DNA from: Eledone cirrhosa
Lineage: Eukaryota
Length of the DNA: 64,000 nucleotides
Assembly: GCA_964016885.1 (NCBI GenBank)
Contig: OZ024742.1
Coordinates: 104,904,001 to 104,968,000, forward strand
Direction: 5' to 3'
Position numbers and translations under genes: made by a program. The notes under the pieces were generated by a model. That model was given only the letters and a program-made list of their open reading frames with translations, did not search any database and was not told the origin of the DNA. This document shows, piece by piece, positions 1 to 12,469 of the stretch; the stretch's first letter is position 1; each line of letters starts with the position of its first letter.

Positions 1-98
1 TCAAGGGCATCAGGGCAAGGACAAACAACAGAAGGGACAGGCTATCTCCCTGGAAGATACCTCTCTTGATCTTCACGCTTCCCAAGGATACTCCAGTT

Positions 99-100
<2 letters not shown>
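1..100 (-). mobile_element. R4/Dong-clade LINE, reverse transcriptase fragment (runs off window start)
   Basis: Reverse strand reads GVSLGSVKIKRGIFQGDSLSLLLFVLALMPL, matching the RT segment at 10140-10225; bounded by (ATT)n at 101-142. Confidence 0.85.
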
Positions 101-142
<42 letters not shown>

Positions 143-143
<1 letters not shown>

Positions 144-428
144 GCTTGGACCTCAGAGAGTTGATCCAGGTAGAGCCACTACTTTTCCAAATTGAGAAAG
201 TACAGCTCTGATATTAGGAATATGTAGTTAGAAATTACTGGACAGATTTTACAGGCAAAATCAACCAGCAGTAAATCCAGGGATAGACCCTGAGCAAGAT
301 GGTTGGATAACATTCATGAGCTCAGCTGATCTCACTTAGGGATCCAGTTGGATCGATTGGAAACAATTGCTTCTGACCAGAGTTGCTGAAATGAATACTT
401 GACAACTCAGCCTCAACAACCCTCCCAG

Positions 429-430
<2 letters not shown>
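143..430 (+). mobile_element. Degenerate RTE-like LINE 3' fragment
   Basis: Stop-riddled frame VEPLLFQIEKVQL*Y*EYVVR...KSRDRP*ARWLDNIHELS resembles RTE C-terminus (QLRWFGHV..RGRPRxRW); ends at (AAT)n. Confidence 0.6.
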
Positions 431-483
<53 letters not shown>

Positions 484-485
<2 letters not shown>

Positions 486-911
486 GAGGGTATGCCTGCT
501 AATTGATATGTCTGTTCCAATAGACAAGAATGTATCTATAAAAACATTTGAAAAATTGAGCAAGTATAAGGACCTGGAGATAGAAATTGGAAAAATGTGA
601 AAATTGAGAACTAAAACAATACCAGTGGTTGTAGGCGCTCTGGGAATGATACCTAAGGGGTCTAATGATTACTTATCGCAAATCCCAGGAAACCCGCGTA
701 TAGGAGAAATACAAAAGATAGTACTAATGGGAACTGCCCATATACTAAGGAAGATTCTGTCAATATAAGTACATCACAAGTCTAAACACTAAAGATGCAT
801 GTGTGAATATGTATGTTCTTTCTTGAACATGGCGGACCTTGTTTTCTCTTGAGGTCACTGGTTGTGACTTGGTGATAACTCGTATGAACATAAAGCAAGA
901 TAAATGCAACT

Positions 912-912
<1 letters not shown>
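484..912 (+). mobile_element. R4/Dong-clade LINE 3' end (restriction-like endonuclease C-terminus plus 3' UTR)
   Basis: KRVCLLIDMSVPIDKNVSIKTFEKLSKYKDLEIEIGKM*KLRTKTIPVVVGALG...LMGTAHILRKILSI*; (AAT)n on both sides. Confidence 0.85.
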
Positions 913-950
<38 letters not shown>

Positions 951-1188
951 CTTTCTTTATTAACCACAAGGGTTTACATAAAGTAGACATTAAGGACAGT
1001 ACAGGACAATACAGGACGGTACAAATGGGCATTTCTGTGTGTAAAAAAACAGAGGATGTAATAAAAAAATAACAATGAAAAAATTCCCCAGAGACTTCCG
1101 AGGGACATTTGTGGAGAAAGCCCAGTAAAAAGCCATAGTGACCCTGACCACCAGGGCAAGTGCCCTCTCCCAGTTTTCCACCTTTAAT

Positions 1189-4100
1189 TTACAGACAGAT
1201 ACTCAGAGTAGGCCCATTCACTCGGGCCATTCTTGCTTCTCTCACCCATCTTTCAACAAAATGCTGGGAAGAGAGCACTTCCCTCTCTACCCTGATTTTC
1301 CTTTTCAAATGAAATTTGAAAAAGTCAATCAGGGCATCACCGAAGAGGTAAGTGCTCGTCTTCAGCCCTTTCAAATGTGTCCACCATACTATCTCTTTCG
1401 CCATGGCCACCAGACAGATAAAAACTGCCTGCCCTTCCTGGCTAAAGGAAGAGGGCGGGGAAATCCTCACGATGAACTCAGCTGATAGCTGGATCCGTCC
1501 TACACGTGACAGCAGGTGTTCGACATAAACCCACAAGTCAGCAATGCTCGGACACTGGACGAGTGGTTGCAGGACGGTTTCGTCGCCCTGCGCGCATCTC
1601 GGACATGCCCGGCTGACGGCACCTCCATGCCTGTAGAGTTTATCCCGAACTAGCAAAGCTCTTCGGTAGCACTGCCAGGCCAGGGATTTCTGGAAGTTGT
1701 CCATAGGCCCCGGCCCGAAAGTCCTTCCGAAGAGATTGGCTAGTTGATTTTCGTCGACGCCTAGAGTTTCTCCACGTACGTCGTCGCTCTTCCCCTCCAC
1801 TAATCCTCTATAGAACGCCAAGGTGGAGTTTCCATCGATCACATTGCCCGATTGGTCGAGGGCTGTGAGCGCCTGAAGACATTCCAGTCTCCAAGCGCTC
1901 CCTCTCGGTCTTCGCTTGACCCAGGACTGCAGCTCCGTCAAGGAGACGAGCTGGGGAAAAACGTGTCTAGCAAACGGCGACCACACCTGATCACCGTCGA
2001 GGAAGAGGTGGAGATGTCGTAGCCTGAGCGCGTGTCTGCGCATCATCAGCCACGGCATGCCCAGCCCTCCACGTAGCGGGTGTTGACAGCAGATGGACCA
2101 CCTGACCATCGGAGCGCGTCCCTTCCACAAAAAGCGAAAGAGCAAACGCTCCAGCGCAGTCAGGCGGGGCTTAGGACAAGGTACGACGGTCAGGCGGTAG
2201 CAGATGACGGACGCAATGTACGCGTTAGCCACCTCCGCTCGACCTTTCAGGGATAGCTTCCTCTACGCCCATTTCTGGGTGAGAGAAGCCACCCTGCTCT
2301 TCATCTCGTCCCAGTTTTTGTTCGTCTGGAGGTCCGGACCGAACCAGACCCCTAGCAATTTAACCGGTCCGTCCGTCCAGCGCCCGACGACGCTGTTGGA
2401 CGGCATGGACCTGCCTCTCCAGGTGCCGAGCTGCAGGCCCACTGACTTTTCCTGGTTGATCATTGCTCCTGTCACCGCTTCGTATTCTCTTAGTGTAGTG
2501 CCGATCGCCTCGATGTGTTTGGCGTTCGACACCACTACGGTGACATCGTCCGCATATGCTGACACGGATCTTCTGCATCCTAGTTCGCGCGGGACCCCCC
2601 TCAACGTCTCCAGTTTGTGCAGTAATGGCTCGAGAGTCAATACGTACAAGAGGGACGAGAGGGGACATCCTTGGCGGACCGAGCGCATGATGTTGAACGG
2701 TTCCGAAAGGTAGCCGTTCACTCTCACCACAGAGCAGATGTCGCTGTGCATGGCAGCGATCCAGCCTCTGAAGACGGCCCAAAGCCAGCCGCCCTCAGGA
2801 CTGCCGCTAGGTAACGATGGTCGACCCTATCGAAGGCTTTCGACTGATCTAAATTGATCAAGGACCCACCCGTGTCAGGTTCCCTAGCTACCCTCTCTAC
2901 GATGTATCGCATGAGGTGGAGGTTGTCGTGGATGGATCTGTCGGGAATGGCGCATGTCTGCGCCTCTCCCACCAGACCACCAACGACAAGCGCCAACCTC
3001 TTTGCTAGCACCTTGGCCAAAATCTTGAACTCTGTGTTTAGCAGAGTTATGTGCCTGAAATTATCTATGTTATCCCCCTTGTTCGGATCCTTTCTCAGCA
3101 GCGCCACAGCTCCTCGGCTCACAGAGCTGGGAATTCTCCCGTTCTGTTGCCAGTTACAGTAGACGTCCGCCAAGAGGCCTCCGAACAAGTCTAGCATCTG
3201 TACGTAAAGTTCATAGGGCAGAGCATCCAAATCAGGCGATTTACACCTTGTGCAGCCAGTCATTGCCTCCCGTACTTCAGCGGCTGTTATTGGCTTTTCG
3301 CAACACTCCGCCTCAGTGGCCGAGAGCCGCGGCAGTCCGTCGAGGTAGGCACTAAAGTCCATCCCTCGATCCGGCCCGCCGCTGCCCTCGAACAGCTGTC
3401 CGAAGTGTCGCTGTAAAGCTTCACACATTTTCCCGGGATCAAGTAGCATGCTCCCGTCGTGGTCCACCAAGGACCGGATCGTGGCTTTGTTGCCATGACG
3501 CGCCTCCGCCACTCGGGCCCATTGAACGGCTTTCGTCCCCTCATGTCTGAGAGCACGCACCCTAGCTCTGACAACGCAGCCTTCGTGCTTTGCATTGAAG
3601 AATTGGTTAAGGGCCAATTTCGCCGCAAGTACGTCGGTCGCGATGTCTTTGTTAAGCGCCTCGTCTAATTTTCTAACTAGTTCTCCCTCTGCTCTATTTT
3701 TCTCTATTGCTAAAGCCTTACTAAACCTAATGGACTCTATTCTAATCGCTCTTTTCAGAGCAAACCACCACTTGTTGTTGACGATGGCCCCCGTCAACGC
3801 CCGCTTAACTAGTTCGCTAATCCGGTCTCTGTAGGCCTTGCGCGCTGGTAAGGACGCGTTTAGCTTCCAGTAGCCGGGTCCTCGTCTATGAAGCCTATCT
3901 GAGTCAAGCACACAGATCACGAATTTGTGGTTCGTGTAACTGACTATCTTGAATTGTGGACAGCCTATGCTAGACCTACCTATTTCCCTACAAAATACTC
4001 TATCTAGATATGATCTGGATGACCCTATGCGATTTGTCCAAGTCCACATTGGCACATTCGGGAAATCCAATCGGTACCTGTCAGACAGTTCAAAACGCCT

Positions 4101-4610
4101 GAGCAGGTTGGTGAGGCTCTTGCACCCTCCTCCCCTATCCGCTAATTCCACACAGTCCCAGCCTGCATCTAAGATCCCGTTCCAGTTGCCCACTAACATT
4201 AAAGAGCGGGACGTTCCAAGAAAGGTCTCCAGACGCTGGAAGAAATCAGGCCGCCCTGCTCCTGTCGGGGCATAGACGGCCACTAGCCTGAAAGCTTGCC
4301 CGTCTCCGCTGGTCACGTCCAGCATCACCAACTTACCTTCTGGGTCCAGGAAGAAGGCCCGTATGGCGAGATCCAAACCTCTCCGAAAAAGCACAGCAAC
4401 TCCTCCCCCCCCCGATCCAGGACGGCTGGGAGATGCGTACACATCGTAGCCGCCGAAGATCGGTGCGAAGGCCCGTGCTTCGGAGATTCTGGTCTCGCTG
4501 ATGGCCACTACATCTATGTTTAGTGACCTGAGGTCGTTGAGCAGGTGGCTCTGCTTCCATGACGACCCCAAGCCACGCGCATTTATGCTGCCTATTCTGA
4601 GTGAGGTCAT
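1189..4610 (-). pseudogene. Tx1 ORF2 (AP endonuclease, reverse transcriptase, C-terminal Cys motif) with one frameshift and one stop
   Basis: APE motifs SINARGL, ISETR, VYAP, YLDRVF; RT motifs LDQSKAFDRV, VRQGCPLS, YADD; CPRC..ETV..LVQC; frameshift near 2750 and in-frame stop at 2263. Confidence 0.93.
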
Positions 4611-4644
4611 GTTGAAATGGAGTGGAAAAGATGGGCAAGACCAC

Positions 4645-6587
4645 TTACCTTACTTCTCGTAGAGGAAGGATGGTTTCTCCATCCTTTTCACTGCTTGTGG
4701 CCTCCTCCGGAAGGATGTCCTTATAAATCCTCCCGGAGAGTGCTTGTCGGAAGTCTCCGATATCTTTGGGGAATTTTTGTTTTAGTGTCGTGTACGTTTT
4801 CTGTGTGATGCGAGTGATTTGGATGTGGGAGGTGGTGTGAACTTTTGGGTTGTTGTGTAGTCTTTTTCTGTGATGCTGGTGTTGTGTTGGATGTAGTGTA
4901 ATAATTGGTTGTTGTTCAAATGTAATGCTGTGTAGTGTGTATCGTTTTGGTTGTTTTGTTTTTTTTGCGTTTGTTGTGGGTTTATTTGTTTCGCTTTTTG
5001 GTGACTTTTGTGGTGTTGGTGATGGTGGTGTTGGGGTTAATGATGGTGATGGTGTTGGTGTTTGTGGTGATGGGGTTGGTGATGCTGGTGTGGATGGTGG
5101 CATAGCTGTCCTAACTTTTTTGTTTGATAGTTTATTTGTTTCCCTCTGTATTTTGTTTTTGGAGGGGGAGGGAAGAGGATTTTTTCTTTTTTTAGTTTCT
5201 TTTTTTTCTTTTTTCCTGATACTGTTTCCCACTCCTCGTCGTCACAATGTGTCTCCAGTTGTGATAGGTCGGGGAGTGGAAAATCCTCCACAGGCGTTGG
5301 TTTTGGTTTTGGGCGTGGTGGATGGTGTAGGCGCTGGTGCTAGTTCTGGCGCGTTGGGTGGTGGTGGTGTTGGTTTTGCTACTGTTGCTGGGGTTGTTGC
5401 TGTTACAGTTGCTTCTGTTGTTGCTGCTACAGTTGTTGCTGTCATTTCTGCTGCGAGTAGTGTTGATGGTTGAGTCACTGGGTGGGTAAGAGAGGTGGCC
5501 TCAACCTTTTAGTCTGAGGGCAGAAAGCCCTTAGGTGGGTTCCTTCACCACAAACGACACACCTAGGCCTTCTGCCCTCGACGATTACGGTGAGGTGGCT
5601 GCCGTCAGTGAGGTCTATTACCTCTGGGATCTCCTCAATGCTTTTTTGGTCCGCTTGGATCAGGAGCTCCATCCCAGATCCGGACCAGTTCTCCTGCTTT
5701 TCTTTCGCTATTTCGATTATCTTGGTGTTGGCCTCGATGCTGGCGAGGACGGCAGCTATTAGCCAGGGAATTTCGATGGCCGGTGGAACGTGGGTCACCC
5801 TGATCTTCACGAGTCTCTGGCCACAATAGCTTGGGACGAGTGTGAAGTCGTCACTTCTTAATGGAGCCATGGAGTGTTCTCTGGCCTCCTGTGGTGTTTC
5901 AAAGAACACGTCCACGGTTCCATATTTCTGCCTACGTCTGATATGGGTTTTTTTTTCCCACACATGTCCCAAAGCTTTTTGGATTTGGGACTCGGATGCC
6001 CGTTCCACTCAGCGCGATTTTATGTTAATCGTCCGATAAGACACGGTGCATAGGCGCCGATGCTCCATTTTATTAGGTGTAGGGGGGGGGGGTCTGACCC
6101 TGTACCCATCTTTCTTTACCATTTTTTGGGCTTCTTCTAATTCCTCCTGAGTTACCTGGAATGCTTCGCACTTTTTTGCTACTCTGGCAAAACACAGGGT
6201 GGTTTTCGTATTCTCATTGTTGCTGTTGTTGTTATCGTTATTTTTGTTATTGTTAATTTTAGTTTCAGTTGTGGTGGTGGTGGCGTCAGTGGTGTTCGGT
6301 GTGGAAGAGTTCATTCTGGGTGAAATCATTTCGAGATCACGAGATAATTTATTTTTTTCTTTTGTTTCTGTTGTCGCTGTGGTGGTGGTGGGGGTGGCGG
6401 CTTCAACACCTGCAGTCATTGGTAATGGCGGGAAATGAATGTCTGCCTGAGACAAATTTAAAATATTGCTACTGCTTATATTTTTAGTGTTGGCAAACGT
6501 AGTAATATTTACAATGTTGGTGTCGGTGTGAGGTGTTAGTTTGTGAGGAAGGCTCTCAGCTATTTGGTTCAGTTGTGAGTCGGCCAT
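4645..6587 (-). pseudogene. Tx1 ORF1 (zinc-knuckle nucleic-acid-binding protein), disrupted
   Basis: ORFs 6009-6587 and 5475-6008 are in frame across one TGA; CX2CX4HX4C knuckle CVVCGEGTHLRAFC; P/T/K-rich tail (EEWETVSGKKKK) spread over frameshifted ORFs down to 4645. Confidence 0.8.
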
Positions 6588-6801
6588 GATTTTTCAAAGA
6601 AATTATTTTCTTTGATAATTATAAAAGTTTAAATTTTGGGCTCAAGGCCCCAATCTCTTTGAGTGTCTTTTCAGAAAACAATGTATGTGCACTTATATAC
6701 AGTTAACAATAAAAATTTTTCCATAAATGGCAATTTTAAACAACTGAAAACAACAAACCTTTGCGGACCTCACGATGATACGATTTACTACGTAGGTCGC
6801 C

Positions 6802-6850
<49 letters not shown>

Positions 6851-6851
<1 letters not shown>

Positions 6852-7798
6852 AAATACGTGACTGATAGTAAGGAGCCAATGCTCAGAATTCTACTGAAGG
6901 AGAGGACAATAGACCAGGGGATGTCCAAGGAGGAAATATCAACAAGGAGTAAGAGCAGCCTTCATGAAAAATCCCTTCATAGTACCTTCTTTGAGAAAAC
7001 TGAATTCAGAGATCTACAGACATGGAACTAGTTGAAAAGAGGAGACCTTAAAAAGGCTACAGAAGGAATGCTAATGGCTGCGCAAGAGCAGGCCCTCAAA
7101 ACGAAGTGTTTGAAACACCATATTTACAACGAGGAGGCTAGCCCACTGTGCAGGATCTGTGGAGAGAGAGAGGAGACTGTGGCTCACATTGTATCCGATT
7201 GTAAACACCTAGCCCAGACTCACTATAAGGGCTGGAGACATGATGTGATGGGCAGGGTGATTCACTGGCACCTATGCAAAGTAAACAATTTACCACATTC
7301 TGAGAAGTGGTATGAGCATAAGCCAGAGTTGGTGATAGAAAACGATCAGGTGAAGGTGCTGTGGGATTTTAGGATACAGACGGACAAGAAACTGGAACAC
7401 AATAGACCTGACCTGGTGATTTTGGACAAGGAAAAAAGATCGTGCCTGATTGTGGATGTGGCCTGCCCATTCGACACGAGAGTGCAAGAGAAGGAGAGGG
7501 AGAAAATTAACCGATACCAGGACTTAAAGTGGAAGGTAAAAAGGATTTGGAACTGCCATGAAGTCAAAGTGGTCCCGATTGTCATAGGCGCACTAGGTAC
7601 TATCTCAAAAAGTTTCCAGGGATGGTTAAAGAAAATTGGCCCCGCCACGCTTTTTGGAACGCTTCAACAGGCATGCTTGCTGGGAACAGCAAGAACCCTC
7701 CGATACGTCCTGAATATCTGAGGCTGCAGGTAGTGGCTTGATATTCATTTCAACAAACTTTCCTGTTAACTAACATCAATGACTGAGACTCAAAGAAC
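6851..7798 (+). mobile_element. R4/Dong LINE, 5'-truncated (CCHC finger plus restriction-like endonuclease, 3' UTR)
   Basis: CRICGEREETVAHIVSDC, RHD, RPDLVI, VDVACPFD...EKINRY; (AAT)n on both sides. Confidence 0.92.
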
Positions 7799-7840
<42 letters not shown>

Positions 7841-7842
<2 letters not shown>

Positions 7843-8896
7843 TTTCTTTATTGGCCACAAGGGCTGACATCAAGAAAAACATCACAGACGGAACAGGACG
7901 GTACGATGTGGGTTTTGTGCGTGTAAATATTTTTATTATTTATATAAGAAAAGAAAAAAAAGACATAAAGCATATATATATATAAACAATAAAATGAAAA
8001 TTGAAACAATGAAAAATTCCCCAATAGGGGGGAAAACTCCGAGGGTTACTCGTGGCGAAAACCACACAAAAGACCACGGCCACCCTGACTACCAGGGCAA
8101 ATGCCCTCTCTCAATTTTTCCATCTCTCAAACTACAGACGTATATTCAGAGTGGTCCCGTTCACTCGGACCATTCTCGCTACATTCACCCACCTTTCAAC
8201 AAACTTGCTAGAAAGCAGCACTTGCCTCTCCACCCTGATTTTCCTCTTCAAGTGAAGCTTGAAAAAGTTAATTAGGGATTCACCGAAGAGGAAAGTGTTT
8301 GTCTTTTATCCTTTCAATCTTGTCCACCACACAATCTCTTTCGCCATGGCCACCAGGCAGATGAAAACCGCCTGCCCTTCATCCTCGAAGGAAGACGGCG
8401 AGACCATCTGCACAATGGACTCAGTTGACAACCGGATCAGTCCCACACGCGACAGCAACTGTTCGACATAGCTCCACAAGTCAGCAATGCTCGGGCACTG
8501 AACGAGTGCGTGCACAATGGTTTCGTCGCTATGCGCCCATCTCGGACAGGCTCGGCTGACGGCACTTCCGTGCCTGTAGAGCTTATCTCGAACCGGCAGC
8601 GCTCCCCGGTAGCACTGCCAGGCCAGGGATTTTTGGAAGTTATCCATAGGCCCTGGGCTGAAAGTTCTCCGGAAGAGAGCAAACAGCTGATCTTCTTCAA
8701 CGCCCAGGATCTCTCTGAGAATGTCGTTGCTCTTCCCCTCCACTAGTCCTCTATAGAACGCCGAGGTGGATGTTCCACCGATACTGGTGCCCAACTGGGA
8801 GAGGGCAGTGAGCGCCTGGAGACATTCCAGTTTCCAAGCGCTATCCCTCGGTCTTTTTCTAACCCAGGGCTGCAGCTCCGTCAAGGAGACGAGCTG
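7841..8896 (-). mobile_element. Second Tx1 LINE (related subfamily), 5'-truncated 3' fragment
   Basis: Protein parallels C-terminus of 1189-1950 (MDNFQKSLAWQCYR, CPRW..ETIVHALVQC); similar 3' end; (AAT)n on both sides. Confidence 0.9.
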
Positions 8897-8898
8897 TG

Positions 8899-8934
<36 letters not shown>

Positions 8935-8935
<1 letters not shown>

Positions 8936-10670
8936 GAAGAAGAAGAAGAAGATAAAAAAGAAACAACAGCTAAGGTAAACAAAGTCATCCCATACCTTGA
9001 GGCAAGGAACCTTCACCAATACAACAATATCCTCAAAGCGACTGCAAATGTGATGAAGAAATTACTTGGTATAAAAACGAGAGGAAACAACAAACAAGAA
9101 AGATCAGAACCTTGGTGAAGAAACGACTGAATGGTCAAATCAAGGAAATGAGAAAAGACATTGGAAAGCTTGAGTCTTTATTGAATGGGACATTACAAAA
9201 CATAGACACTAAAGATAGATTGAAAATAAAATACAAAACTAGGGGAAAAGTGCTAATGTTATCATAGAGGAACTGAAGCAACGCATTGTAGCAAAAAGTG
9301 CAAAGATTAGGCGGTCTGAGAATAGAGTTAGTCAGTATAGACAGAACCGTATGTTTGACAACAACCAGAAGATGTTGTTTGAACAGCTTGAAGGGAAAGA
9401 AAGAGGCAACGACGTGATCCCTGAGGCGGAACAGACTAAGACATTCTGGAGAGGAATATGGGAGCAGGATGTTGAACATAATAGTCAGGCAGTGTAGATT
9501 GAGACAGTTCAAAAGGAGATTAGTGAAAAAGCACACCAACAACCTGATTTGAGTATCACAGTTGAAACTCTTAAAGGGCAGGCCAAAAAACTAACCAACT
9601 GGAAATCACCAGGCCCAGATGGTGTGCAAGGGTATTGGATTAAAAATATAACATCCCTCCACCCAAAACTGACAACCATGTTCAATGACTGCTTGATGTC
9701 GGGTGAAATACCAGAGTGGTTGACAAAAGGTACCAGAGTTCTAGTAATGAAAGACTGAATCAAGGGTAATGATGTTACCAACTATAGGCCTATCACATGT
9801 CTGTCCGTAATGTGGAAACTGTTAACAAGCATTGTGTCTGAAGAAATCTACTATCACCTCCACACAAACAACTTGTTACCGGATGAACAGAAAGGATGCC
9901 GAAAGAAGTCCCGTGGTACAAAAGACCAACTACTTATTGATAAGATGGTAATGAGGAATTGCAAGAGGAGGCACACTGGTCTTGCCATGGGATGGATAGA
10001 TTACAAAAAGGCATTTGACATGGTACCTCACTCTTAGATAACCAAAAGCCTAGAGATCTTCAAGGTGGTAGATAACATCAGACAGCTATTAAGCAAAAGT
10101 ATGAATTCCTGGGAAACAGAGTTGACATCAGGTGGAGAATCCTTGGGAGGCGTGAAGATCAAGAGAGGTATCTTCCAGGGAGATAGTGTGTCCCCTTTGT
10201 TGTTTGTCCTTGCCTTGATACCCCTGTCCGTCATATTGGAAAAGTGAGAGCAGGATACAAGTTGGGAAGAGGAGAGCTTACCATCAACCACCTCCTCTTC
10301 ATGGACGATCTTAAACTCTTTGGGAAGAGTGAGAGGGAGTTGGATGTACTTATTGACACTGTCCGTATTTTCAGCAATGAAATATGTATGGAATTTGGTA
10401 TTAGTAAGTGTGGAGTCCTAGTGATGAAGATGGGTAAATTGAGCAGAAGCAACGGAATCCAGGTACCAACAGGTGAGATGATAAAGGAAATTGATGGTTA
10501 AAGAAGATTAGTCCAGCCCCACTTTTTGGAACACTTCAAAAGGCATGCTTGCTGGGAACAGCAAGAACCCTCCGATACGTCCTGAATGTCTGAGGCTGCA
10601 GGTAGTGGCTTGATATTCATTTCAACAAACTTTCCAGTTAAATAACATCAATGACTGAGACTCAAAGAAC
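8935..10670 (+). mobile_element. R4/Dong LINE, degenerate RT region fused directly to the 3' end (internal deletion)
   Basis: [50 protein letters not shown]; 10493-10670 matches 7621-7798; AAT tail. Confidence 0.9.
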
Positions 10671-10678
10671 AATAATAA

Positions 10679-11055
10679 TTGTTTCTACTTTTGGCACAAG
10701 GCCAGCACTTACCCCAGTGCATTACTGGTGCTTTATTTTATCGACCTCGTAAGGATTAAAGGCAAAGTTAACCCCGGCAGGATTTGAACTCTGATCATAA
10801 AGGGCTGTAACTCTATGCTGCATGGTATCCGATCCTCTGCTAATACTGCCAATCTAATATTAATTGTTTCTACGTTTGGCACAAGACCAGAAATTACCCA
10901 GTGCAATACTGGTACTTTATTTTATTGGCCCCGTAAGGATGAAAGACAAAGTTAACCTCGGCGGGATTTGAACTCAGAATGGCAAGGGCCGTAACTTTAT
11001 ACATCAAAGCATGGCATCTGACCCTCTACTGATACTGCCAATCCACCGCCCTTCC
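10679..11055 (-). mobile_element. Two tandem tRNA-derived SINEs (octopod-type family ending CCTTGTGCCAAAAGTAGAAAC)
   Basis: B-box-like GAGTTCAAATCC and shared body GCCTTTCATCC...AAGTACCAG; same family at 18162-18360, 21039-21253, 47760-48097. Confidence 0.8.
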
Positions 11056-12256
11056 AATAATAATAATAAAATCTTTTTAAAGTTCATGTTGTTTGTGAGG
11101 CCTTCAGTTTTGTTTGTTTAGCTTATACCTAAATCCAGCAATGAACACTCTCACAGTACATATGCTTCTGTACAGACATTGATGTGCAACTCACCACACC
11201 AACAACAGCATTCACTGCCTACATCGCTATAAACCAATGAGTAAGTCTTTACTTGGTTGCTCAGCTTGCTAGAAATTGCAGTTAAACAACCCAACCCTCA
11301 GTTCATATCCAACTGTCCCAAAAAATAAATCCTTGCATTATATGGTTCTGGATTCTCTCTACATAGGAAAAAGACAGGATAGACATGGCTGGAATGCTTT
11401 TATTCATATATTTGCTTGATCTGGGATGCCCTAGGGCTAAACAACAACAACCAGTACCTCCTGCACCATAGCAATAATAACAACACTAATTTTATAGCTT
11501 ACTATCAGTACAGTAATCTCTTCACACATTAGAAGATTACCCAATTGGAAACAGGTGTTGTTTGTGTTTAGCTTCATGCTTCTCACATTGCATATCAATA
11601 ACCAAAGGTATTCTAAAATTGAACATCCTGTTTCTTTTTCTTTTCAGACATAATGTGTATTTGATTTAGAAGAGATACACCATATCCCTACTTATCATAA
11701 GAAGCATCTGGTTGTAAAATATTCCCTGAAAAAGTCCTCTCCAAACCATACTAGCATGGAAAAGTGGTTGTAAAAACGATGATGATGATGATGAAAGTGC
11801 ATATCCAGGACTTCATCAGATAATGTGTCTTTTTTTAAAATACAATCAAAGTGGGGTGATATAAGTGAAATATGGCTGCTACTTCTAGCATGTCACTGGG
11901 TCTTGGTTGCAGGCATTTCCTGTGTAAGTATCCACTTGAATTAAAATATCAGACAACTCCAAGTTCTAGTTAATTTATCAATTAATTAATCAACGAAACA
12001 CTGTATCAGACAGTAAATTAATCAATCAGTCAGCATATTGGTCAGTATTCAATCATTCACTTAATCAAACAATCCTTCAATCCATCAATCAAACAATTAG
12101 TCAATCAATTGATTAATCGTAACATGTTGATGTAAAAAAAATCTCTTCACAAAACAGGAGACAAATTACATCAAAGCCACAATTTCCTGCTACAGCAATT
12201 CTTCTTTTCATAAGACGAGCAGAATATCAACCCTTTGGGATTTCCTTCTCACATAC

Positions 12257-12356
12257 TGTCTTACAGTTGCTGAAACTAGAGATCAATCCTTTCAGTTTCA
12301 CCAGTCTTGAAGGGTCTGTAACAGTCATATGCACTGAACCTTCCTTCTCACTAAAC
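12257..12356 (-). CDS. Candidate host exon of unknown product (FSEKEGSVHMTVTDPSRLVKLKGLISSFSNCKT)
   Basis: Acceptor tattttatag|G, donor ACA|gtatgt, open frame, non-repetitive sequence; no homology recognised. Confidence 0.3.
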
Positions 12357-12469
12357 CTATAAAATATAGTAATGTAAACCCACTGTATAACTGTCAGCCT
12401 ACCCTAATATAACCCTAAACTAAATATTTGTGTGGTAATGAATCTGTAGAGTGCCAATCTCTTTACAGT

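Larger units (their letters stand above)
950..6801 (-). mobile_element. Full-length Tx1-clade LINE (5' UTR, ORF1, ORF2, 3' UTR) inside (AAT)n
   Basis: Two-ORF layout with CCHC ORF1 and APE-RT-Cys ORF2; AATAAA near the 3' end; (AAT)n at 913-949 and 6802-6850. Confidence 0.92.
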
